Shown here: positions 21,430 to 33,400 of the stretch, in pieces
How the letters are laid out: every line of letters starts with the position of its first letter
How positions within the stretch are numbered: the stretch's first letter is position 1
IMG/VR virus record: IMGVR_UViG_3300043570_000986
Location: 23,246-87,245 of that record
DNA: 64,000 bases
Origin: a virus
Strand: one strand, 5' to 3'
The notes under the pieces: generated by a model
Databases searched by the model: none
What the model was told of the DNA's origin: nothing
What the model saw: the letters and a program-made list of their open reading frames with translations, nothing else
Made by a program: the position numbers and the translations under genes

Positions 21430-24400
21430 ATGCCAGAAAATCCTATAATTACACCAATTACATTTGATCCAGATAAACAAATAAAATCTTTAACAGGTGG
21501 TCAAGCTACACAATTAGGAATTGAAAGTGGAGAAGCTTTTGGTTTAAGTGCACCATCATTTGGAACATCTCAATATGATAAACCTCAAGAAACATCTTGG
21601 AGTGAAGTAAAATCAGGAGATTTTAAATATCTTCGTGGAGAAAGACAAACTAAGTTAGATAAACTAGGTAATGGTTTAATTAACATGGCAGGTAAAACTC
21701 TTACTACTGCTGCAGAAGGTATTGTTAATCCATTTTATGGAACTATTGCAGCATTAACTAATACTAATGAAAAAGGTGAGTGGGATCCAAGTGCTAATGC
21801 TTATTATAATAATGCTTTAACTCAAAGTTTAGATAATGTAGGTAAAGGATTTGAAGAATTTGCACCTACCTATGAAACTAAAAAAGAAGCCACGGCTACA
21901 GGATTAGGTAAATTATGGTCATTTAATACTATATCAAGAGATATATTAGGTGGTGCTGGTACTACTATTGGTGCTGCATTAACAGGTGCTGCATGGTCTA
22001 AAGGAATGTCTTTAGTTGGTAAAGCATTAGGTGCTGCAGGATCTTCTCAAGAAGCTGCTACAATAATTGCTGAAGCTGCTGAGTCAGGTATTGCTGCATC
22101 TGCAGATAAATTAAAATATGTTGCTAATGAATCTTTAAAGAAAACTATTAAAGATGGTGCTAGACAAGGAACTATTGCTATAACTTCTGCATCAGGTGAA
22201 GCAGGAGCAGAAGCTCGTGAAGCTGAAAAGAATGTATATTATAAATTAACTCATGATGACTTTGGTAATGAAAAAAGAATGTCTGAAGGTGAGTTAGAAT
22301 ATGCTAAGATGATGTCTAAACAAGCAGGTGATGCAGCTTTTGCAATGAACTTACCTGTAATTATGGCTGATAACTGGATTACTTTTGGTAAAGCTTTATT
22401 TGGAAATAAGACAAATGACTTTGCTAAAAAAATTATTAAAGAAGGTTCTGTATTAGATGAAGCTACTGGAGCTTATAAAGCTATTGAAAAAGGTAAATAT
22501 GCTAACTTAGGATATAGAGCAGGTAAAATAGGTGGTACTATGGCTTCTGAGGGAACTCAAGAGCAACTACAATTTGGTATTGGTAAAACTGTTGAAGATT
22601 ATTATAAAAATAAATATTACAATCCTAATGCTGCAGACTTTGCAGATTCAATGACTAAAGGTTTAGCTGAAGCTTATGGAACTCAAGAAGGATGGCATTC
22701 AGGCATCATAGGAGCATTGTCAGCAGGTATTGCAGGGCCAGGTATAGTATTAGCTAGTAAAGGAGGTAAAGCTTTTAAAGATGAATATATTACTAATCCT
22801 GAAGATGCTATTATTGCTAAAGGAGTTGAATCTTTAAATCAATATAGTGCAGAAGTTATTAGAAAAAAGTTTGTAGATAATTTTGTAAGATCTGCAAATA
22901 TTACTGAAAATAAAGATGAAGCATTAGCTAATAATGATGATTTTAATTATCATAATGCAAATGAAGATATGATATTTTCATATGTTTATAATAGAATGCA
23001 AAATGGTAAGTTAGAAGATCTTAAACAAGAATTAAATGCTTTTAAAGATTTAACTGTAGAAGAATTAAAAAATCAATATGGTATAGAAATTAATGTTAAT
23101 AATAAAAGTAAGTTTGATGAATTAACTTCAACAAATGCTGTTAAAAAGTTTGTTGAATCTAGAATGGAAAAAGTTGCAGCTATTGAAGATACTTACAATT
23201 CTGTAACTAAATTATTTCCTAATGCTAATCCTGATGTAAAAGAGTTACTTATGTATTCTGCTCAAGGTATGGAAAATACTAAAGAGAGAAGAAAATCATT
23301 AGGTGTTGAAATTAGTGAAACTGTAGGACAACCTGTATTACAAGAATTAATTACAAGAGCAGTACCTGAACAAGAAGTATTGTCTACATTTATAACAGCT
23401 ACTCCAGAAAACTTTGGTACAAGATACGCAAGTTTAAGTTTAGAAAATCAAGAAAACTTTAAAGCTTTTTTAAAAGCTACTAAAAATGTTAATGAGTTAA
23501 AAAAAGATGAAGTAATTAAAAAACTTGATGATTTAAGTTCTTTAACAAATAGAGAAAAAGATTTTGTTGCTGCTTATAATGCATTAAAAACTCCTCAATT
23601 ACAAGATCAATTTTTACAACAATCTCAAACTCTTTGGGATAAATATGCTAATATAGAAAAACAAAAGAATAAGCAAGATGTAGCTGAAGAACAAGCTGCA
23701 AATCAACCTCCTGTTCAACCTCCGGCTAATCCATTAGATCCTAATGATCCAAATAATGCTAATCCACCAGCACCAGGACAACAACCTGTTTCTGCACCTG
23801 CTGCAAAAGTTGATCCAAGTAATCCTTTAGCTCAATGGTATACTGCTAATAAAATAGATTATAGTATTTCTGAAAAAGATTTAACAGATGCATTAAATAG
23901 AGATGTTGCTAATAAAACAATTAGTGAAGAAGAAGCAGGAAATATATTTGCTGATTGGAGTGATAATCAAAATAAACAACCTGCACCTATACAAGGTATT
24001 ACTCCTGAAAGTATAGAAAGAGAAAAACAAAAAGAACTTGAATTTTGGAAAGATAATCTTGATGATGCTTGGAAAGCTGGAAGTAAAGAAACTATAAGAG
24101 AACACATAGAAAAAAAATATAATGATCTTTTAGCTTCTATTGGTAAACAACCTGCACCTGAACAAAATACTAAAGATCCTAAAAGACCTCAGTCATTTTT
24201 AATGACTCAAACTAAAGATAGAGATACTGCATTGCAATCTAATGGTGCTGTTATAGGTAACTTTAGAGGAACTAAAGAAGATGGTACACCTAAATATGGA
24301 ATACCAGTTAATGGTCAACCTGTAGTATTATCTACATTTGCTGAAGTACAAGGTAAATTAAAAGAATTAATTGATTCTAAAGAAAATTTAAATGATCATA

Positions 24401-27400
24401 TTAATTTTGAAATTACAGATTCAGGATTTGTATTAATACTTATAGATGATATGCCAGTATCTGTTATAGATAATGGTAAAAACTTTAAAGGTACTGAAGA
24501 ACAAAAGAAAGATTTTTTTGAAGTAAATTATTTATTTTATAAAAATACTGTAGCTAGAACTATTGAAGAACTAAATGCTAATAAAGCATTAATTAACTTT
24601 ACAGCTACTTCATTATTAAACTTTACAACTAATAATGAAGATACTCAAACTACATTAGAAACTTTACAACAAGAAAATCCTCAAATACCTTTTGTATTAA
24701 AAATAGGTCCTAATATGTTAGACCCTTTAAATACTGATACAGATATTTATTATAATGAAGAAACAAAAGGTCAATCTGTTAGTAGCAATGAATCTATTGC
24801 TAATATTCAAGATGGACTACATTTAGAAATAACTGAAAACTCATATCCTCAATTACCTATTAAAGTTAGAATTGCACCTCATGCTAATCTTCAAGAAGAA
24901 TTAGATAAAGTTAATGCTGCTACAACTCCAGAAGAAAAGATTGCTGCAGTTAAAGCATTTAATAATGAAGTATTTATTGCATTAAAACCTGTTAAAGGAG
25001 TTAATAGAAAAATATCATTATTCTATGATACTAAATCTGATATTTTTGCTTTACAAGTTGAAGAAAAAACATCTGGTTCTAAATGGGGTGGTGAAACTAC
25101 TAAAAAGACTGCTGAAATTGTATTACCTAATGTTTCTACTGAATCTATTTTACAAGGATTAAATGCTAGACAAGTTAATGGTAAAGATGCTAGAGCATTA
25201 GTTGAAGCAGATATTAAATACAACAATTATATTGATGAAGATAATCAAGTTATCCCATCTAGACTTTCTACACCTATTGGACAAGAAGGTTTATTTAAAT
25301 ATGATTTACAAGCACAAATTGCTGATGATGTTAAACCTGCAAGTTCAACTGTAGTTACTACTACACCTGCTCAACAAACACCTGCTCAAACTACAACAAC
25401 TACAACTCTTACAAATGAAGAACAAATTGCTAAATATAGAGCAGATGAACAAGCAGAACTTCTTAAAGCAATACCTAATATAGCTGATTATTCAGATACT
25501 TATGGTGAAAATCAAGGCAATATGCCTGATAATTTATATGCTATATACAAACCTATTTATGATAAATATAATAAATTAATTACTGATGTATCAGAAAGTA
25601 AACCTACTACAGATGCTAAAGCTGATATAGAAAGAAGAAGACAAGAGGAATTAGAAGCTTTACCATTTGATGAAGAAGCTAAACAAAGACTAGAATTTGC
25701 AAAAACAAAAGGGCAAGAAAGATATTTAAGAGAATTAAAATTACAAGCATCTAAAATAGCAGGAAGAGTAGATACCTCAACAGGTAAAAGCATACTTATT
25801 CCTAGTGGTAGTGATATAATAGAAAAACATAATGCTGAAGATGTATTAAATAATTCAAATTCTGATATTGAAAGTAGAATTATGGCTATTCAAAAATTAG
25901 CTGAAATAAGTAAACCATATAATGAAGGAAGAAAATCTGATATTTTAAAAAGCATTGTTAAAATAAAATCAGGAGAGATCTTAGGTGTTGAAGATCTTGA
26001 AATTAAAAAAATATATGATGCAGAACTAGCTGCTTTAAAAACTAAACCTGTTACAACGTCTACTGCTAATACAGAATTAGAAGCAGATTTTGCTACAATG
26101 AATAATAGTACTGCATTTGTAGGTAAAGTTAAAGAAGATTTAATTAATAAATGGAATCAAATATTAGGTACTAATTTTCCAACTAAACCTAAGTCTGCAC
26201 AATTAAGTTTATTTAAATCTGCTGTTGAATCTTATCTTAATAAAATTAATCCTGAAAGAGGTAAAGATATTGTATATTCAATTGGATTAGAAGAATCTAC
26301 TGGTATTACTCAACAAGAAATTGATGCAATTAAAGCAATACTTCCTAAGTTTATATCTATTGATGATATTAAAACTATTGCTCAAAATTTAAGAGTTAAA
26401 GGTATTCCTTATGGTGCATTTAAAAATAAAGTAATTTATTTAAATACTGCTAAAGGTAAACCAGGTACAGCATACCATGAAGCATTCCATGCTGTATTCA
26501 GAACAATGTTAACTGATGCTCAGATACAAAAGTATTTAATGGCTTCTGCTAAAGACTTTGTTAAATCTGGTAAAAACATGCAAGAAGAAGTTGCTAAACT
26601 TCGTGAAACAGTTGCTGACTATTTAACTAAATCTGATTTAGAATTACAAACTATTGTGTTAGAAGAACACATGGCGGATAAGTTTCAAGCTTTTTCTGAA
26701 AATAAAGTAGGTAGAGAAACTGAACCTTTTTTAAGACAATTGTTTATTAAAATTAAAGAATTTTTTAAACAATTATTTAGAATGGGTAATGAGTTAGACA
26801 TGTTCTATAGTAACATTCTAAAAGGTGCATTTGTTAATGCTACACCTATTTCTAATGTCTATACTAAGTCTAATGATACAGTATTTAAATTATTACCTAA
26901 TAAGTTTACAGCTACAGATAATGGATTCTTTACTGCACAAGAATCTAGAAAAATAATAAACTCTTTTGCTATTGATATTTATAAGTTTAAAACTGGTAAG
27001 TATGGTAAGATTGAAGAATTAACTAATAAAGATGGTTCTGTTAAATCAGATGAACAAATTTTAAAATATTTTGTCAATAAGCGTGTTAATGATTTAACAA
27101 CCAAAGGTTATGATTATGCTGATAGTTTCATGGATACTAATGAAGTTATGGCTAATGAAATTAGTAGTAACATTGAAAAAGAACTTTATTTGTATGATGA
27201 TAAAAATACAAATAGTTCTAACACAAATGGTTATGAAGTATTGAGTAGTTCAGTTTTAGAAAAATTAAAAATATTTAATTTTAAAAATTCTAGTGAAGAT
27301 ATAACTGAACAAGAAGGTGGTGATGAAAATCAAGAAATTAAAGAAAAGTTTAGTTCTCAAGATGCTTGGTTATCAGGAGGTCATGATTCATTATCTCAAA

Positions 27401-30400
27401 CTATTAAAAAGTATGCAGCATTTACTACTAGAACTGAAAAAGATCCTTTAACTGGTGAAAATAGAGAAGTTGCAATTGATGATGTTACTTTATATAATGG
27501 ATTAACTAGAATATTAGCAGATACTGCTGAAGAAAATATGATTGCAAAATTACATTATGCTTCAGAAAGTAATCCTAATGTTAAAGCTTTTTATGAGCAA
27601 ATGATTAAAGATTTAGGTGTTACATTTAATTCTGAAGATGGAACTATTACAACACCTAGTAATTCTAATAATTATAATATTTACAGAGCATTCTTAAGTA
27701 ACTTTAAAAAATCTAGAATATCTCAATTAGATGTATTATTAGGTAAAACAGGTTTAACTTGGGGTAATGCTAATCAAAATGATCCAGCTAAAGTTTCTTT
27801 AACTCAATGGGAAAATAATTTATTAGTTGCTTCTGTTAAAAATAAAGCAACTGTTATTGCTGCTTCTGCTAAAATTTATGAAGAAGCTAATGATTTTATT
27901 AAACCTAAAAAAGATAATGCTGTTGCATTAGAAAAGAAAGTTGAAACATTAAAAAAAGAATTTGCTAAGTTAGGTATTAATATTACTACTGCTTATATTA
28001 GATTTTCTATTTTAAAACAAAAATCTTTATTAAAAACAGTACAAGAAAATCCTAGTGCTTATTTAACTAAAGATCAAATAACTTTTTTAAATAGTTATGA
28101 TATAGAAATACCTATTAACTTTGGTACTTTTGCACCAAAATCTGCAAACTTAAAAACATTTAGTATTGAAACTTTATTACAAAATGATCCTATTAGTATT
28201 TATAAAAAAGATGCAGGGTTAAGTGAGTTAAAAAGTATAGCTGAAAACAATGCTTTATTTGATGAATCTATTGGTAACTTTTCATTTACTAATGCTGAAG
28301 GAGAAAGAGTTTATGAAATTATTAATAAGTCTTATGTATTAGAAGCTATTTCTAAATTTAAAGATGGTACTTATTTAAAAAGTTTAATTAATGGTACTGC
28401 TATAGGTTTAAATGAAACTGAAACTAAAAATAATTATTTTTTAAAGAATAACTTGTTAGTTAACAAGTATCAAGATTACTTAAAAGATTTAAAATTAAAT
28501 ATTCTTAGTGGTATTAGAGATACTAATCCAGGTCCTAATAATGAAAATAGAGCAGGTATTACTTTTGGTAAATTTGATGGTAGAAGTTATTTAGTAAGTG
28601 CTTTAGCATTATTTAATAACAATGGTAATAAAGAATCTGGTAAGTATATATTCAGACAAAATGAAGCTTCTAGTACTGCTTATGTTGCAGAGTTACCTAA
28701 GTTAGCTTTAGTTGGTGAAAATACAATGGATGACAAAACCATTAATGATTTCTTTGGTAGACAGTTTTTAAATGAATTTGAAAGAATTGGTAGAGAAAAG
28801 AAATTATTTGATGCTGGTAAAGGTACTAAATATGAAAAATATAATACTGCATTAACAGATAGAGCTTTTGATTTTACTGAATTCCAATATTTAAAAGATA
28901 TAATGGGTGAAGCTAAATATCAAGAATTAGTTGATACAGCTTTAGCAGGTACACAATTAACTGATGTTCAAATGGCAGAAGTTTTAGGTGCTGTTAATAC
29001 TTATTTAAATAGTGGTTTTGCTGATTTCTTAAAATTAGTAGATGACTATGGACTTAAATTTGTTGATGGTATTTCTAAAGAAATGTTATCTAATGCAAAT
29101 TTAAAAAACTTCTACATTAATGATTATATGATGTCTACATCAATAAATGAATTATTAGATGGAGATTATGCATTAGGTAGAAAAGATAAAACAGATATTT
29201 CTAAAAGAAATAAATCTGCAATGGCTTCTGGTGTTGATTATGGTAAAGGTAGTCATAACTCTGCTATCATTAAAGATATTCCAGTTTATGTAAGACAAAA
29301 TCCTCAAACTAAAGTTTTAGAAAGAGTTGATGCTTCACAAGTTACTAAAAAAGGAAAAAAATATTTTGATAATGAAAATAATGAAGTTAATGAAATAACT
29401 AGTAATGATGCTCAATCTTATGCTGCTCAACATCATATTATGATGGGTTCATTAAGAATGGGTAGACTAGATGAAAAAACTAAAGAGATTTATAAAAACA
29501 TTATTCAGTTTACCAAAAGAGATGAGAAAGGTAAAGTTGTAAGAAATGTTAATATTGGTAATAAAAATCAATCTCATTTATCTGATGCTTTAGCTTCATT
29601 AAACTCTAAAAAAACAGTAGCTTTTGATGGTGTTAATTCATTAATCTTAAAGATGTCTGAATTTGGTTTAGTTAGAAGTTCAATATCTTATATTGAAGAT
29701 AAAGATGTAGATAATTTTACAAACTTAACAAATCAGTTAACTGATTTAATGTTTAATAAAGATGACTTTGAAAGTGAAGAATTTAGAAGTCTTACTGCTC
29801 AAATAGCTAAGTTATATAAACCAGTACCAGGAATGGAATACTGGCATAATTTAGCTAACAATATGGATAAGAATGCTGTAGATCATGTTGCTACACAATC
29901 TGCTTCTAAAGGAGCTACAACACTTGCTGAAGATAGTTTATCTGGTGATTTAAACTTATCTAAATCAAGATTTAAAGTTGCTAATAATACTAAAAGATTA
30001 CAAGTAGAAACTCCTACTGGTAAAAAAGAAATTGTATTTGGTTCTCAAATATTAACTATTATTACTAGTGAGTTAGATGACAATTCAGATGTTAATTTTT
30101 TAATTGGTGGTAAAGAAATTAAAAATTTAGGTGAATTAAGAGCTGCTTATAATGATGCAATTAATGATTCTAGAAATTCTGAATTTACTAAAGCAATTGC
30201 TGTTATTAAAGATTTAAAAGGTAAGGCTTTAAGTCCAGATAGTAATTATGATGGAATGATTGATACTACGGAGTTAGATGAGATTGTTAAAAGATCTTTA
30301 GCTGCAAGTGGTGCTGATGTTCAACAAATGCAATATTTTGAAGGTGGTTATAACTATAACATGATTCAAATGTTAGTTAAAGCTGAACAAGTTATTTTAG

Positions 30401-33400
30401 CACATTTTAGTAAAGGTGTTTTAAATCAAAAAGTTAATGGTGATAAAGTATCATTGTTATCTGGTTCAGGTATTACTGTTGTTAGAAATATTGCTACAGG
30501 TAATGTTATATCTCATCATGAAGTTGTTAAAAACCCTTCTAAATATACTGACAAAACTAAATATTCTACAAATACTACTTTAAAATATAATGAAGAAGAT
30601 AAAGATGGTAGAAGATATTCTGAATGTATTTTATCTCAAGCTATTTTAACTAGACATGGTTTAAAAGTAGGAGATGAAATTACTGAAAAACATCCAGAGT
30701 TATTAAAAATGTTTGGATACCGTATTCCTACAGGTGATAAACAATCTGCTATGTCATTAAAAGTAGTTAGTTTATTACCAGATTATTACAATGGTGTAGG
30801 TATATTTCCTGATGAAATTGTGTATTTATCTGGAGCTGACTTTGATATTGACTCTGAGTTTATTCAAATGCCTGCATTTTGGATTAATTCAGAAGGTGTA
30901 CCAGTTAAATTTGGTACTGAAAAAACTAATGCTGAAAAGTTTGAAGCTTATAAATATTATAACAAAAAATATGATAAGAATTTTAAAGCAGTATACAACA
31001 ACATATTATCTAAAGATGCTAGACTTACTTCGTTAATAGGTAATGAAGATTTAGATAAAGATCAAGTTTCAGCTATTAAAACAATTGTATTTGATGAAGC
31101 TTATAAAGAAGCATCTATTAAATTAGGTTTACCTTTTAATGAAAAAGACTTTATTAAATCTAAATTACAACCTACAGCTAATTACAATAATATAGCAGTA
31201 GATTCAATGATTTCTATTTTAACTAATGATTCATTAAATGGTATTACTAATAATACTACATCAACAGATGCTTTAAAAGATGTTGCTGAAAATTTAATTA
31301 ATGGTGGATTTATTAAACAAACTAAAGGTAATATTCAAGAAAAAAATAAATCTGCTCATGATATTAATGGTAAGTTTGATGCTAATAAAAAGAACTCTGA
31401 TGGTAAAAATGGTATTGGTATAGCCGCTAATAAAATTCAACAGTTTGCTTTTTTAATGTCTAAAATAGGAAATAAAAGTGTCATATTTAATGAAGAATCT
31501 TTTAAATTTGAAATTGCTGGACAAGTTGGTGGTATATATCAAGAAAAAAATAAAGAAGGTCAACGTATTGCAGATAACTTAAACTTACTTTTAAATGCTT
31601 TTACAGATAATGCTAAAGATCCTATTGCTGGTAGATTAAACTTAAAGTTTGAATTACTTGGTGGTGCTATGGAATTAATTATGCAAGGTATGACATTTGA
31701 AAATACTATGAAGTTAATTAATTTACCTATTATTCAAGAATATGGTGAGTTAGCTAAAACTTTAAAATATGCACTTAAGACTGGTGTAGAATCTAGTTTT
31801 ACTAAAGAGTCTATTAAAATTGCAGCAATTGCTAAAATACTTTATCCAGAAGAAGCTAAAAAGAAATTAAGTAGTGCTATTGAATTAGTAAAAAATGCTA
31901 AACAAAATAAAGATCCAGAATTACAAACTATATCTAAAAATAATATTGAAAATATCTTATTAGGTAAAGGTTTTGAAAGTTCAGATGCTAATGATTTTGA
32001 AAATAATAATGATGTACAAATACAAGCATTATTTCAATTTTTAAAAGTTGTTGATCAAAATAATGTAATGTCTAACATTAATACATTCCTTAAATTAAAT
32101 CAAGGATTAGATGTATCATTTACAAACTTACATGATGATTTACATCAAGCAATTGATACTTTTAAAATTAATGATTTAGTAGAAACACCTAGTGAAGAAT
32201 TACAAGTAACTGATGAACCACATATTGATATTACTAGTTTATTAGAAGGAGATAAAAATACTTTAAATAATATTAAGCGTGCTTTAATTGTAGAAAAACA
32301 AGTAGGTCAAAAGATATTTATTGAACAAACTAAAGTATTTAAAAATGAGTTTCAAAAGTTTTTAAGTAGTTTAAGTCCTTCTTTTACTAAGACTGGAGAT
32401 AATTTAGCTAAAATAAGTAGAGAGTTTTTAGGATTCTTAGCTGTTAAATCTTATATTGCAGATTTAGAAAAATTAAAAAAAGACTTAAATACTTCTGAGG
32501 ATAACAAAGAAAAAGTAGAAGCAGTTGACAAAAGATTAAAATCAATTGATTTAGGTTTAGTATTTAATGAATTAAATGCTGAAGGTAAAAAAACTTTAGC
32601 TCAACAATTAATTGTCTTAAAAGCTGATCAAGCAACTAAAAATAATTATATTGTTAACTATTTTTCAGCTAAAATAAATGATGTTAATTTACAACCAGAA
32701 GATCAATCTATATATGAAGCTGATGTTATAGATACTAAATCTTTTGTTAAAGAAAGTAATGAAACTATATCTTTATTAATAGATTCAGTTAAATCTTTAT
32801 ATAGTGATAATACAACTAAATTAGATGAAACAGGATTAACACCAAGAGATTTTGTTAATAACATGTTAGGTTATTTAATGGTTAAAGATAACATGACATT
32901 TAAAAATAATAGTGTTGCAAAATACTTACCTGTTGAAATGTTTGGTAATTATTCTAAATCATTAGATAATATTATTGAAGCATTAGTTACTAAGTCTGAT
33001 AAATTATCTGTTAAGTTAGATGATTTAGGATATAACTTTAGAAAACTATATGCTACAGATTTAAATACTCCTTACAATGCTCTTAAGTTTGCAGGTATTC
33101 AAGATAATGGTAGTTCAATTACAATTACTGAAAATAATCAAGAAATTACATTTAAAACTAAGAGTAATACTGCATTAGAAATTGCTAAGATAAAATTTCA
33201 AATTAGTCAAACTTCTAATGAACAAGTATTAGCAGAATTACAAAAACAACAAAGTATATTAGAAAATAAGTTATCTAAAGAAAAACCTATTATTGAAAAT
33301 AAAGAAGTTTTAGATAAAATGTTTAAATCTGAAAAGACTGAAGAAAAAGGTAGTTATAAAGATAAAGATGGTAAAACAGTTACGTATGATAAATCTTCTT

